64,000 nucleotides of DNA from an uncultured Lachnospiraceae bacterium (GTDB taxonomy: Bacteria > Bacillota > Clostridia > Lachnospirales > Lachnospiraceae), in assembly GCA_946616365.1 (NCBI GenBank), contig CAMOIX010000004.1, positions 17,555 to 81,554 on the forward strand, read 5' to 3'. Below, piece after piece: positions 1-9,977 of this stretch (positions are counted from its first letter, which is position 1; each line of letters opens with the position of its first letter). Made by a program: the position numbers and the translations under genes. The notes below the pieces were generated by a model. It ran no database searches. It saw only the letters and a list, made by a program, of their open reading frames with translations, and had not been told where the DNA came from.

Positions 1-1
1 G

Positions 2-1459
2 TACGGAGAGTATATCAGTGATAACGAGATCAAAGTGTCAAAGTTCCTTGCGGGACTTCCGGAGGAAACTGTTTGCACGATGGCAGATACCTTTACGGAA
101 GGATACCGCCTGGGATTCATCGCGACCAATGTCGACCTCTCCAAAAAGAGCAATGCATATCTTATCTATCCCATTGGATTTGAGAGGATGATGAGAAGAG
201 CTGTTGAGAATCTGAATAAGATCGGCGTCAAGTCATCGATAGTTCTCTCTTCTTCGGGAAGGTCATCGGTAGACTCGGTCGGCGCGAACAGACAATACTC
301 ATATGATCACAAGGATGACAGAGCGCTCTTCCTTGACGGTAATTTTGCCACAAGGCTCCTTGAGGCTGAGGAAGCCGTACTCAGGAAGTATGAAAAAGAA
401 GCGATACTCTATGCGGGCCCTGCGGTTGTGGAGAGATTCGGAGAGAAGAAATTCGATCCCAAGAATAAGCCCGAAGCTGCCAAACTTAGCGATGAGCAGA
501 ACAAGCTTTGGGTGGATTTCATCAACAAGAGAAATGTCATGGTCGACAAATATATCCCGGAGGATGAGACGAGTTTTACCATTATCTCTTTCCCCATTCC
601 CGAGATAACAGAGGCACTTCCGGACAAGACGGACAAGGGCTTTGCGGAATTCTTTGAGGAGATAATCAAAGTCAATACTCTGGATTACAAGCTCTATCAG
701 GGTATACAGCAGACGATCATCGATACTCTCGATCGTGCGTACTGGTGCGAGGTAAAGGGAATGAACGGCAACCGCACCGATATGCATGTGGAACTCTGGA
801 GACTTAAGGATGCATCTAAGGAGACCATCTTTGAAAACTGTGTGGCTGATGTAAATATTCCCGTGGGAGAGGTATTTACTTCACCCGTGCTCGAGGGCAC
901 GAACGGAACGCTCCATGTCAGCAAGGTATATCTGGAAGGACTCGAGTACCGTGACCTGGAGATCACATTCAAGGACGGAATGATAGATAAGTACTCCTGT
1001 GCAAACTTTGATGCAGAGGACGAAAACCTTAAGTTCATCAAGGAGAATGTTCTCTTCAGACACGATACACTTCCTCTCGGAGAGTTTGCCATAGGTACCA
1101 ATACGACCGCATTTGCACTCGCGAGAAAGTACGGTGTGGAGGATAAGCTTCCCATTCTTATAGCGGAGAAGACAGGACCTCACTTTGCAGTGGGTGATAC
1201 CTGCTACTCGAGATCTGAGGATACCGTGGTTCACAATCCCGACGGCAAGGAGATCGTAGCGCGGGAGAATTCCGTATCCGCACTCAGAAAGACGGATATG
1301 TCCAAGGCATATTTCAACTGCCATACGGACATCACGATCCCTTATGACGAACTCGGAAGCCTTGCGGCTGTGATGCCCGACGGCACCCGCGTACATATCA
1401 TCAAGGACGGAAGATTTGTACTTCCGGGAACCGAGGAACTCAATAAGCCCCTTGAGTGA
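2..1459 (+). CDS. M29-family (aminopeptidase T/S-like) metalloaminopeptidase, N-terminus off-window
   Basis: The frame is open from base 2 with no upstream stop, and the track start at 35 is GTG, so the gene very likely begins left of the window. EFAIGTN and GPHFAVGDTCY segments in the C-terminal half resemble M29 signatures. Family call is from memory. Confidence 0.6.
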   Translation, partial: YGEYISDNEIKVSKFLAGLPEETVCTMADTFTEGYRLGFIATNVDLSKKSNAYLIYPIGFERMMRRAVENLNKIGVKSSIVLSSSGRSSVDSVGANRQYSYDHKDDRALFLDGNFATRLLEAEEAVLRKYEKEAILYAGPAVVERFGEKKFDPKNKPEAAKLSDEQNKLWVDFINKRNVMVDKYIPEDETSFTIISFPIPEITEALPDKTDKGFAEFFEEIIKVNTLDYKLYQGIQQTIIDTLDRAYWCEVKGMNGNRTDMHVELWRLKDASKETIFENCVADVNIPVGEVFTSPVLEGTNGTLHVSKVYLEGLEYRDLEITFKDGMIDKYSCANFDAEDENLKFIKENVLFRHDTLPLGEFAIGTNTTAFALARKYGVEDKLPILIAEKTGPHFAVGDTCYSRSEDTVVHNPDGKEIVARENSVSALRKTDMSKAYFNCHTDITIPYDELGSLAAVMPDGTRVHIIKDGRFVLPGTEELNKPLE

Positions 1460-1597
1460 AGCAGATGTCAGCCGGAGATTCAAGAACGCTAGATATTGTA
1501 TTTTGAGTTGCAACTAAGACCAAGATTTAGTATTATAAATGTGTATGTTTTTTGCGTAAAAACGGATAAAACATATATTTGATACGGAGAATAAGAG

Positions 1598-2116
1598 ATG
1601 AGTAAAGAGATCAGGGTCGGAATAGTTATGGGCAGCGATTCCGATATGCCCGTTATGGCGAAAGCCGCGGACATATTGGAAGAACTCGGTATCGGATACG
1701 AGATGAGAATAATCAGCGCTCACAGAGAGCCGGATGTCTTTTTTGAGTATGCGAAGAGTGCCGAGGAGAGAGGTTTCAAGGTGATCATCGCAGGAGCAGG
1801 AATGGCGGCGCATCTTCCCGGTATGTGCGCGGCGATCTTCCCCATGCCGGTTATCGGCATACCGATGCATACCACTTCGCTTGGAGGAAGGGATTCACTC
1901 TATTCGATCGTTCAGATGCCGAGCGGTATCCCGGTTGCCACCGTGGCGATCAACGGCGGAGCAAATGCAGGACTTCTCGCAGCCAAGATCCTTGCGACAT
2001 CGGATGCGGAGCTTCTTGATAAGTTAAAGAAATACAGCGCTAAGCTGAAAGAGCAGGTGGAAGCCAAGGACGCCAGGCTTTCAGAAATTGGTTACAAAGC
2101 ATATATGGAGAAATGA
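1598..2116 (+). CDS. purE: N5-carboxyaminoimidazole ribonucleotide mutase
   Basis: 172 aa with GSDSDMPVM, ISAHREP and IIAGAGMAAHLPG motifs typical of PurE. GGAGAA Shine-Dalgarno lies upstream. First gene of a pur cluster. Confidence 0.95.
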   Translation: MSKEIRVGIVMGSDSDMPVMAKAADILEELGIGYEMRIISAHREPDVFFEYAKSAEERGFKVIIAGAGMAAHLPGMCAAIFPMPVIGIPMHTTSLGGRDSLYSIVQMPSGIPVATVAINGGANAGLLAAKILATSDAELLDKLKKYSAKLKEQVEAKDARLSEIGYKAYMEK

Positions 2117-2117
2117 T

Positions 2118-3149
2118 ATGGGACTTGATTACAAATCTGCAGGAGTTGACATCGAAGCCGGATACGCATCGGTAGAACTCATCAAAAAACATGTAGCGAG
2201 CACGATGAGACCCGAGGTGCTCGGAGGTATCGGAGGATTCTCCGGAGCATTCAGTGCAGCGGCACTCAAAGGAATGGAAGAGCCCATTCTCCTCTCCGGA
2301 ACCGATGGTGTAGGAACCAAGATCAAGCTTGCATTCCTCATGGACAAGCATGATACGATCGGTATCGACTGCGTAGCAATGTGCGTCAACGATGTGGCAT
2401 GTGCAGGAGGAGAGCCCCTCTTTTTCCTTGATTACATCGCATGCGGAAAGAATGAGCCCGAGAAGATCGCTCAGATAGTAAAGGGAGTAGCTGACGGCTG
2501 TAAGCAGGCAGGATGTGCACTCGTAGGCGGAGAGACCGCAGAGCACCCGGGACTTATGCCTGAGGATGAGTATGATCTCGCAGGATTCTCCGTAGGACTC
2601 GCAGACAGGAAGGATCTCATCACCGGAGAGAATATCAAGCCGGGAGATACGCTTATCGCGATTGCATCATCCGGCGTACACAGCAACGGATTCAGTCTTG
2701 TCAGAAAAGTATTTGATATGACGAAGGAAAGCCTTGCTACCGAATATGCCGAGCTCGGCACCACTCTCGGGGAGGCTCTCCTCGTTCCCACCAGGATATA
2801 TGTAAAGGCACTCAAGGCCGTAAAGGATGCAGGCCTTGTAATAAAGGGATGCTCGCACATAACCGGCGGCGGATTCTATGAGAATATCCCGAGGATGCTT
2901 CCCAACGGTATCAGAGCAGTCATCAGACGCGACAGTTACGATGTTCCCGCGATCTTTAAACTCATCGCCCAGGTTGGCGGAGTTGAGGAAAGCATGATGT
3001 ACAATACATTCAACATGGGTGTCGGAATGGTACTCGCTGTTGATTCCAAGGATGCGGCATCGGTTATCGAAGCACTTGATGCGGCAGGTGAGACCGCATT
3101 TGAGATCGGTTATACAGAGGAAGGTGAGAAGGGCATAGTAATATGCTGA
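2118..3149 (+). CDS. purM: phosphoribosylformylglycinamidine cyclo-ligase (AIR synthetase)
   Basis: The track ORF starts at 2088 inside purE. The ATG at 2118 gives the canonical MGLDYKSAGVDIEAG N-terminus 1 nt after the purE stop. DGVGTK and GGETAEHPG motifs are present. Confidence 0.94.
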   Translation: MGLDYKSAGVDIEAGYASVELIKKHVASTMRPEVLGGIGGFSGAFSAAALKGMEEPILLSGTDGVGTKIKLAFLMDKHDTIGIDCVAMCVNDVACAGGEPLFFLDYIACGKNEPEKIAQIVKGVADGCKQAGCALVGGETAEHPGLMPEDEYDLAGFSVGLADRKDLITGENIKPGDTLIAIASSGVHSNGFSLVRKVFDMTKESLATEYAELGTTLGEALLVPTRIYVKALKAVKDAGLVIKGCSHITGGGFYENIPRMLPNGIRAVIRRDSYDVPAIFKLIAQVGGVEESMMYNTFNMGVGMVLAVDSKDAASVIEALDAAGETAFEIGYTEEGEKGIVIC

Positions 3150-3775
3150 AAATAGTCGTAATGGTGAGCGGAGGCGGAACGAACCTCCAGGCGATCATCG
3201 ACGGAATTAAAAACGGAACGGTTACGAACACCGAGCTGATCGGTGTCATATCCAACAATAAAGGTGTAAAGAGCTTGGACCGCGCGGCGGCAGCAGGAGT
3301 TCCCGGGATAGTGATATCCCCCGCGGACTATCCTACGAGAGATGATTTCAACAAAGCAATGCTTGATAAACTCGAGGAGCTGGCCCCCGACCTTGTAGTA
3401 CTCGCGGGATTCCTCGTAAGGATTCCTGAGGAGATGGTTAAGAGATTCTCGAACAGGATCATCAATATCCATCCTTCCCTCATCCCTTCTTTCTGCGGAG
3501 TGGGGTGCTACGGACTTAAAGTTCATGAAAAGGCTCTTGCACGAGGCGTGAAGCTGACAGGTGCGACAGTACACTTTGTCAACGAAGGAATGGACGAAGG
3601 ACCGATCATCGCGCAGAGGGGCGTAGCGGTAGAGGACGGAGACACTCCCGAGATCCTGCAGAGAAGAGTCATGGAGCAGGCAGAGTGGGTGATACTGCCG
3701 CAGGCTATTGACGATATTGCAAACGACCGTATCGAAGTAAAGGACGGACATGTAGTCCGCAAGAAAGGAAACTGA
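3143..3775 (+). CDS. purN: phosphoribosylglycinamide formyltransferase
   Basis: 210 aa with VMVSGGGTNLQAI, NIHPSLIPSF and HFVNEGMDEGPII motifs. Overlaps the purM stop. Confidence 0.92.
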   Translation: MLKIVVMVSGGGTNLQAIIDGIKNGTVTNTELIGVISNNKGVKSLDRAAAAGVPGIVISPADYPTRDDFNKAMLDKLEELAPDLVVLAGFLVRIPEEMVKRFSNRIINIHPSLIPSFCGVGCYGLKVHEKALARGVKLTGATVHFVNEGMDEGPIIAQRGVAVEDGDTPEILQRRVMEQAEWVILPQAIDDIANDRIEVKDGHVVRKKGN

Positions 3776-5052
3776 TGAAAGTACTGATAGTCGGAAGTGG
3801 AGGGAGAGAGCATGCGATAGCGATGAGCGTCGCCAAGAGTCCCAAAGCCGAAAAGATATACTGCGCACCCGGCAATGCGGGCATCACAGGAGTAGCTGAA
3901 TGCGTGCCGATAGCAGCTATGGATTTTGACGGTATCGTTTCTTTCTGCAAGGAGAAGCAGATAGATCTCGTTGTAGTAGGAATGGACGATCCTCTTGTAG
4001 GAGGCCTCGTCGACAGACTTGATGAAGCGGGCATCCGCGCATTCGGACCCAGGAAAAACGCTGCGATCCTCGAGGGAAGCAAAGCTTTCTCCAAGGATCT
4101 CATGAAAAAGTACAACATCCCCACAGCTGCTTACGAGACTTTTGACAGTGCGGATGCAGCTCTGGATTACTTGAGAAATAAAGCTGAGTTTCCCATTGTC
4201 CTCAAGGCTGACGGACTCGCACTCGGCAAGGGCGTGCTCATATGCGGCGACCTCGCAGAGGCTGAGGAAGGCGTAAAGACGATAATGCAGGACCGCAAGT
4301 TCGGCGATGCGGGAAATAAGCTTGTAATAGAAGAGTTCATGACCGGACGCGAAGTGAGCGTGCTCTCATTCGTTGACGGCAAGACCATAAAGATCATGAG
4401 CTCCGCACAGGATCATAAGCGTGCGGGCGACGGAGACACCGGACTCAATACCGGCGGAATGGGTAACTTCTCACCCAGCCCCTTCTATACTGCAGAGGTT
4501 GATGAGTTCTGCCGCAAGTACATCTATCAGGCGACTGTTGATGCCATGGCAGCTGAAGGACGACCTTTCAAGGGAGTTATATTCTTCGGTCTGATGCTCA
4601 CTCCGAAGGGACCCAGAGTACTCGAGTACAATGCGAGATTCGGAGATCCCGAGGCGCAGGTCGTTCTCCCGAGGATGAAGAATGACTTTATAGAAGTGGC
4701 TGAGAGCTGTATCGACGGAACGCTGGATAAAGTAAATCTCGAGTTTGAGGATAATGCCGCAGTATGCGTAATACTTGCAAGCAACGGATACCCCGTAAGC
4801 TACGAAAAGGGATTCCCGATCTCGGGACTTGAGAGCTTTGAAGGAAAGAATGATTACTTCTGCTTCCATGCGGGAACAAAATTCGATGAGAGCGGAAGGA
4901 TAGTCACAAACGGCGGAAGAGTGCTCGGTATCACCGCACTCGGAAGCAACCTCAGGGAAGCGCGCTCCAAAGCGTACGAAGCTACGGAATGGGTATCCTT
5001 CGACAATAAATATATGAGACATGATATAGGCAAAGCTATAGATGAGGCTTAA
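3775..5052 (+). CDS. purD: phosphoribosylamine--glycine ligase
   Basis: 425 aa with MKVLIVGSGGREHA N-terminus and an ATP-grasp core. TGATG stop/start overlap with purN. Confidence 0.95.
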   Translation: MKVLIVGSGGREHAIAMSVAKSPKAEKIYCAPGNAGITGVAECVPIAAMDFDGIVSFCKEKQIDLVVVGMDDPLVGGLVDRLDEAGIRAFGPRKNAAILEGSKAFSKDLMKKYNIPTAAYETFDSADAALDYLRNKAEFPIVLKADGLALGKGVLICGDLAEAEEGVKTIMQDRKFGDAGNKLVIEEFMTGREVSVLSFVDGKTIKIMSSAQDHKRAGDGDTGLNTGGMGNFSPSPFYTAEVDEFCRKYIYQATVDAMAAEGRPFKGVIFFGLMLTPKGPRVLEYNARFGDPEAQVVLPRMKNDFIEVAESCIDGTLDKVNLEFEDNAAVCVILASNGYPVSYEKGFPISGLESFEGKNDYFCFHAGTKFDESGRIVTNGGRVLGITALGSNLREARSKAYEATEWVSFDNKYMRHDIGKAIDEA

Positions 5053-5073
5053 GGCCGAAAAGGAGAGTAAAAG

Positions 5074-6573
5074 ATGAGTGATTTGAAGTTGTTTGCAAAA
5101 AGGTTAAAGAAGTTTATCGCTCCGATAGCAGCAGTTCTCTCGGTTGCGATCCTTCTCATGAGCGACGGATTCTCGTTCGTCAGCTTTGCGGACACCGGTA
5201 AGATTACCGCGGATCCCGCAGCTAAGCTCAGAAAAGAAGCTTCGACGACCAGTGACCAGCTCGGAAGCATAACCAAGGATACTACCGTAACGGTCAACAG
5301 TTCCACGACCGGCACCGACGGCAAGACCTGGTATCAGATCACATACGGCGGACAGACCGGATATGTAAGAAGTGATCTCATAGAGGTATCCGCAGGCGGC
5401 GGAAACAGCGGCAACAGCAATTCCGGCAGCAGCACATCTTCCGGAACGACGACTACGACAGTAGCTCCTCCCAGCCTGGTAATGACCGGCATCACGGAAG
5501 TCAATCCCACTCCCGGATCGGTAACCGGAGGAAATCAGATAAATGTAAGAGCGGATGCATCAACCAAGATCAATCCCGCACTTGCTACCGTATCTACCGG
5601 AACGAGCGTAAACATCATCGCTACCAAGACCGGTGATGACGGACAGACCTGGTACCTTGTATCATTCACTCAGAACGGTAAGGACAATACCGGATATATC
5701 AGAAACGATTTCGTAAATGTAACCGGAGAGATCATTCCCGTAGGTCAGGAAGAGGAGCCCGCAGAGCAGACCGATACCACCCCCGAACCCGAGCCTGAAC
5801 CGGAACCTGAGAAGCCTGCCAATCTTAAATATGACATCCAGGTAGAGAAGAACGAGGCCGGAGAGGATGTTTACTCACTCCTCAACTATGAGCTCGGAAA
5901 GAAGCTTGACCTCGAGAAGATGCTCGGCGATCTTGAGACTTACAAGAGCACCACGGTTCCCGGACTTGAGAAAAAGGTAAAGACCCGCACCGTTATAATG
6001 GTAATCTTCCTTGTACTTGCGATCGCAGGCATCGGACTTGCAGCATTCTTCTTCCTCAAGTGGAGAGATATGGTAGATCAGATCGCCTTCGAGGAAGCAG
6101 AGAAGAACCGCAGAGCCAGAAGTGCAGGAAGACCCGCACAGGGAGAGAGAAGACCTGAAGGATCAAGACCTGTAAGACCTCAGGGAGACGGAGCTCGCAG
6201 ACCTCAGGGACAGGCAGGACGTCCGGAGGGACGCCCCGAGAGAAGACCCGAGGGAGCAAGACCTCAGGGAAGCCCCAGACCGAGACCCGCTGAGGACAGA
6301 AACGGAGCACCTGCCGAGAGGAGACGCCCCGAAGGAGCAAGACCCGAAGGCAGAAGACCTGAAGGAAGACCTGAGCCCGAGCGACGCGTGGAGCGTGAGG
6401 ATGCTGAAGCACCCGTAAGAGAGAGCGCACCTCAGGAGAGACCCAAGGCTCCCGTAAACCAGGGAGCACAGCCCCAGGCTAAGCCCCAGAGACCCAAGAG
6501 CAGGAATTTCTCGGATGACGATGACGAGTTCGAGTTTGGATTCCTCGGATGGGACGATGATGACGACAACTAA
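5074..6573 (+). CDS. bitopic membrane protein with two SH3b-like modules and an R/P/E/G-repeat cytoplasmic tail
   Basis: N-terminal hydrophobic signal/anchor. Two SH3_3-like segments (GKTWYQITYGGQTGYVRSDLI; GQTWYLVSFTQNGKDNTGYIRNDFV). PEPEPEPEPEKP linker and TM helix VIMVIFLVLAIAGIGLAAFFFL, followed by a low-complexity tail. Confidence 0.7.
   Translation: MSDLKLFAKRLKKFIAPIAAVLSVAILLMSDGFSFVSFADTGKITADPAAKLRKEASTTSDQLGSITKDTTVTVNSSTTGTDGKTWYQITYGGQTGYVRSDLIEVSAGGGNSGNSNSGSSTSSGTTTTTVAPPSLVMTGITEVNPTPGSVTGGNQINVRADASTKINPALATVSTGTSVNIIATKTGDDGQTWYLVSFTQNGKDNTGYIRNDFVNVTGEIIPVGQEEEPAEQTDTTPEPEPEPEPEKPANLKYDIQVEKNEAGEDVYSLLNYELGKKLDLEKMLGDLETYKSTTVPGLEKKVKTRTVIMVIFLVLAIAGIGLAAFFFLKWRDMVDQIAFEEAEKNRRARSAGRPAQGERRPEGSRPVRPQGDGARRPQGQAGRPEGRPERRPEGARPQGSPRPRPAEDRNGAPAERRRPEGARPEGRRPEGRPEPERRVEREDAEAPVRESAPQERPKAPVNQGAQPQAKPQRPKSRNFSDDDDEFEFGFLGWDDDDDN
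6109..6390 (+). repeat. degenerate in-frame tandem repeats encoding RPEG/RPQG units
   Basis: The translation reads RPAQGERRPEGSRPVRPQGDGARRPQGQAGRPEGRPERRPEGARPQG...RRPEGARPEGRRPEGRPEPERR. Repeated agacc(t/c)ga(a/g)gg units are visible in the DNA. Confidence 0.55.
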
Positions 6574-6588
6574 AAAAGACCGTATTCA

Positions 6589-6617
6589 TTGACACTTCAG
6601 AGCCTTTGTTATACAAT
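6589..6617 (+). promoter_or_regulatory. sigma-A-type promoter for the gntR-like/clpC operon
   Basis: TTGACA (6589-6594), a 17-nt spacer, then TACAAT (6612-6617). Predicted TSS is near 6624. Confidence 0.5.
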
Positions 6618-6634
6618 GAGTATAACAAAGGCTC
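6600..6634. promoter_or_regulatory. perfect 15-bp inverted repeat (candidate GntR operator, or terminator of the upstream gene)
   Basis: GAGCCTTTGTTATAC, then aatga, then GTATAACAAAGGCTC. Each arm contains a GT-N3-AC core of the kind reported for GntR-family operators. It overlaps the spacer, the -10 and the predicted +1, and is followed by CTTTTG. Confidence 0.45.
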
Positions 6635-6666
6635 CTTTTGCGAAAAGCAAAACCTGCCCGGAGATT

Positions 6667-7044
6667 ATGATCATAGAAATAGATTTCAACAGTAACGAAG
6701 CTCTCTATCTGCAGCTTTGCAATCAGATCATCATGGGGATCGCCACGTCGCAGTATCGTGACGGCGATGTCCTTCCGTCGGTTCGTCAACTGGCGGATTC
6801 CATTGGTATAAATATGCATACGGTCAACAAAGCATACACCGTCCTCAGACAGGAAGGGTATGTGAAAGTCGACAGAAGACGCGGAGCGGTGATAGCCGTT
6901 GATGCGGACAGAGCACAGGCGCTTGCGGGACTTAAGGATAATCTGAAAGTCATGCTTGCCAGATGTGCCTGCAAGAACATCACATGTGAGGAAGTACACA
7001 AGCTTATAGACGATATATACGCCGAATACAGGGAGGAACAGTAA
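6667..7044 (+). CDS. small GntR/YtrA-like winged-helix transcriptional regulator
   Basis: LPSVRQLADSIGINMHTVNKAYTVLRQEGYV is a GntR-type HTH, and there is no large effector domain. I place the start at ATG 6667 because the track start at 6589 lies inside the predicted promoter. The stop is 1 nt before the clpC GTG. Confidence 0.8.
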   Translation: MIIEIDFNSNEALYLQLCNQIIMGIATSQYRDGDVLPSVRQLADSIGINMHTVNKAYTVLRQEGYVKVDRRRGAVIAVDADRAQALAGLKDNLKVMLARCACKNITCEEVHKLIDDIYAEYREEQ

Positions 7045-7045
7045 G

Positions 7046-9490
7046 GTGCAGATCAAATTCACGAAAAAGGCTCAGGCAGCTCTGTACGAAGCCAGCAGAT
7101 GGGCGAAAAAGCTCCATCAGGGCTACGTAGGATCGGAGCATATACTTGCGGGCCTTCTGAGCGATCCCGAGACGCTTGCCTATAAAGTGCTGATAGCGAA
7201 CGGGACCAGCCCCGATAAATATATCGATATGATAAGGGAGATGATCTCCTTTGACACCGGTGTTTCAACGACTCAGAGAGATGAGTATTCACCCAGAGCC
7301 AAGACCGTGCTTGAGGAAGCACACAGACTTGCCGAGAGATTCGGTCAGGCTGAGACCGGCACGGAGCACCTGCTTCTCGCACTTATAAAAGAGGGTGAGA
7401 ATGTAGCGATCAGGCTCCTCGGAACTATGGATGTCAATCTCTCCAAGGTATATGCGGATACTCTCCAGGCAATAGGACAGGATCCCGCCCTGGTAAAAGA
7501 AGACCTCGCATCGAGGAATCCGAATAAAAAAGGATCGATGCTCTCCCAGTACAGCCGGGATCTGACGCAGCTGGCAAGAGAGGGTAAGCTCGACCCTGTA
7601 GTCGGCAGGAATGATGAGATAAAGCGAGTTGTTCAGATCTTAAGCCGTCGTACCAAGAACAATCCCTGTCTCATAGGAGAGCCCGGAGTCGGTAAGACCG
7701 CAGTCGTAGAGGGGCTTGCACAGAGGATAGTAACCGGTGATGTGCCCGAGACCGTACAGGACAAGAGACTCCTTACACTCGATCTCTCCGGCATGGTAGC
7801 GGGAAGTAAATACCGCGGTGAATTCGAGGAGAGGATAAAGAGAGTCATCAAGGAAGTGATAGATGACGGAAATGTCATTTTGTTCCTGGATGAGCTGCAT
7901 ACCTTAATAGGTGCAGGCGGAGCTGAGGGAGCGATAGATGCTTCGAATATCATGAAACCCAGCCTCGCCAGAGGAGAACTCCAGCTTATAGGCGCGACCA
8001 CGGTTGCAGAGTATAGGAAATATGTCGAGAAGGATGCCGCTCTCGAGAGGCGTTTCCAGCCTGTCACAATAGAGGAGCCTACCGAAGAGGAGGCGATCCG
8101 CATACTCGAAGGTGTCAAACACAAATACGAGGAGCATCACGGAGTCGAGATCACACCCGAAGCGATAGATGCTGCGGTAAGGCTCTCTGCGAGATATATC
8201 AACGACCGTAATCTCCCCGACAAAGCGATAGACCTTATAGATGAGGCTTCTGCGAGTGCGCGTATCCGCAGTATGGATGTCCCTGACAAGGTAAAGGAAC
8301 TCCTTGAGCAGATCGGCAAGATGGACCGTCAGATAGAACTTTCAATCCGTATGGAAGCCTTTATGCAGGCACATGAGATCAAGAAGCGCCAGGATGAACT
8401 CGTAAAGAAGTATGACAAGCTCATGAAAAAGCGTGAAAAGTCCGATACATACAGCAGTAAGATCAACGAGAACGATATAGCCGAAGTGGTAGCAATGTGG
8501 ACCAAGATCCCCGTTACCAAGCTCGCCGAGAAGGAAAGCGATCGTCTGCTTAAGCTTGAGAAGATCCTCCACAAGAGAGTCATCGGCCAGGAAGAAGCTG
8601 TCACAGGCGTAGCGAAGGCTATGAGACGTGGTCGTGTGGGACTCAAGGATCCCAAGAGACCTATCGGATCTTTCCTCTTCCTCGGACCTACAGGTGTGGG
8701 AAAGACTGAGCTTTCAAAGGCGCTCGCGGAGGCTATGTTCGGCTCGGAGGATGCACTTATCAGAGTCGATATGTCCGAGTATATGGAAGGACACTCGGTC
8801 TCCAAGATGATAGGATCCCCTCCGGGATATGTAGGATTTGAGGACGGGGGACAGCTTACCGACAAGATCAGACGCAATCCCTATTCCGTAGTTCTCTTTG
8901 ATGAGATAGAAAAGGCACATCCCGATGTGTTCAATATACTGCTCCAGGTGCTCGATGACGGACATATCACGGACTCTAAGGGCAGGAAAGTAAGCTTCAA
9001 GAATGCTATCCTCATCATGACTTCCAATGCCGGTGCGCAGAGGATAGTCGATCCTAAGAATCTCGGATTCGCAGCTGAGAAGAGCGAGAAGCAGGACTAC
9101 GAGAAGATGAAGTCACAGGTCATGGAGGAGGTAAAGAAATCCTTCAAGCCCGAGTTCATCAACCGTATTGACGATATAGTCGTGTTCCATCAGCTTAATG
9201 ATCAGAATATGAAGGAGATCACGGATCTTCTTGCAAAGCAGCTCGGAGCGCGCTGTGAGAGCCAGATGGATATACATCTGACGCTCTCTGCGGGACTGAA
9301 AGAGCATATCGTTAAGAAGTATGCCGACAATAAGATGGGAGCGAGACCCTTGAAACGTGCCATCCAGTCGGTGGTGGAGGATGCTCTCGCAGAGGAGATA
9401 CTGGCGAAGAAGGTATCGCCCGGAGATCATGTAACTGCCGGATATACAGGCGGTAAAGTGACATTTAAAGTAAAAGAAAAAACGGAATAA
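7046..9490 (+). CDS. clpC: ATP-dependent Clp protease ATP-binding subunit ClpC
   Basis: 814 aa with Clp_N repeats and two AAA+ modules (GEPGVGKTA and GPTGVGKTE Walker A, DEIEKAH Walker B). GTG start is 8 nt after GGGAGGA. Confidence 0.93.
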   Translation: MQIKFTKKAQAALYEASRWAKKLHQGYVGSEHILAGLLSDPETLAYKVLIANGTSPDKYIDMIREMISFDTGVSTTQRDEYSPRAKTVLEEAHRLAERFGQAETGTEHLLLALIKEGENVAIRLLGTMDVNLSKVYADTLQAIGQDPALVKEDLASRNPNKKGSMLSQYSRDLTQLAREGKLDPVVGRNDEIKRVVQILSRRTKNNPCLIGEPGVGKTAVVEGLAQRIVTGDVPETVQDKRLLTLDLSGMVAGSKYRGEFEERIKRVIKEVIDDGNVILFLDELHTLIGAGGAEGAIDASNIMKPSLARGELQLIGATTVAEYRKYVEKDAALERRFQPVTIEEPTEEEAIRILEGVKHKYEEHHGVEITPEAIDAAVRLSARYINDRNLPDKAIDLIDEASASARIRSMDVPDKVKELLEQIGKMDRQIELSIRMEAFMQAHEIKKRQDELVKKYDKLMKKREKSDTYSSKINENDIAEVVAMWTKIPVTKLAEKESDRLLKLEKILHKRVIGQEEAVTGVAKAMRRGRVGLKDPKRPIGSFLFLGPTGVGKTELSKALAEAMFGSEDALIRVDMSEYMEGHSVSKMIGSPPGYVGFEDGGQLTDKIRRNPYSVVLFDEIEKAHPDVFNILLQVLDDGHITDSKGRKVSFKNAILIMTSNAGAQRIVDPKNLGFAAEKSEKQDYEKMKSQVMEEVKKSFKPEFINRIDDIVVFHQLNDQNMKEITDLLAKQLGARCESQMDIHLTLSAGLKEHIVKKYADNKMGARPLKRAIQSVVEDALAEEILAKKVSPGDHVTAGYTGGKVTFKVKEKTE

Positions 9491-9557
9491 CAGATTCGGA
9501 AGACCAACATCAACAGATGCCGAAGGGCATCACAACCAACGAGAGGAAGGTAAGAAA

Positions 9558-9962
9558 ATGGGAGAATTACTTCGCACTGAGAACGACGGATCCGTGAGCT
9601 TCGGAGATTACACGCTCAGCGAGAAAAAGAAAGTAGAGGATTTTCCTCACGCAGGAGATCTCCTGAAGGTTAAGACCTACTGCGACATCACCAAGCTTGA
9701 GAAGAACGGAATGTTCGTTTACGAATCCGTTCCCGGAACGACGGTTAAGAATTTCAAAGAGAACGAGGGCGGAGTAGAGTTTACGGTATCCGGAGATAAG
9801 GAGACCCAGATCACTCTCGGACTTGCCGATGATACCGTATACGAGATAGAAGTGGACGGTGAGAGCACCGGTGCCGTACAGACCGGACTCGGCGGCAAGC
9901 TCAGCGTGAGTGTATCTCTCGCTGCAGGCAAGGAAGTATCCGTCAAGGTAGTAAAGGCATAA
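9558..9962 (+). CDS. hypothetical small beta-rich protein
   Basis: 134-aa ORF with GAGGAAGG Shine-Dalgarno and host-like codon usage, located between clpC and radA. No motif recognised. Confidence 0.6.
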   Translation: MGELLRTENDGSVSFGDYTLSEKKKVEDFPHAGDLLKVKTYCDITKLEKNGMFVYESVPGTTVKNFKENEGGVEFTVSGDKETQITLGLADDTVYEIEVDGESTGAVQTGLGGKLSVSVSLAAGKEVSVKVVKA

Positions 9963-9977
9963 GACAGGAAGGCATTA

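Noticed and set aside
1460-1597. Looked for a purine or ZTP riboswitch or a PurR PurBox upstream of purE.
   Set aside because: I found no sequence resembling the conserved purine-riboswitch junction/loops or the ZTP pseudoknot. Only a weak AAACGGATAAAA PurBox-like half-site is present, and I do not consider it sufficient.
2088-2117. Upstream extensions of purM (2088), the GntR-like gene (6589), carA (31133), the AraC gene (19713) and the hypothetical gene (14606).
   Set aside because: The extensions overlap the preceding gene or a predicted promoter and lack Shine-Dalgarno sequences. Internal ATGs give canonical N-termini with properly spaced ribosome-binding sites.
9491-9557. Small hairpin GATGCC-gaag-GGCATC after clpC.
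   Set aside because: The stem is 6 bp with no T-run. clpC, the small ORF and radA are more likely co-transcribed.
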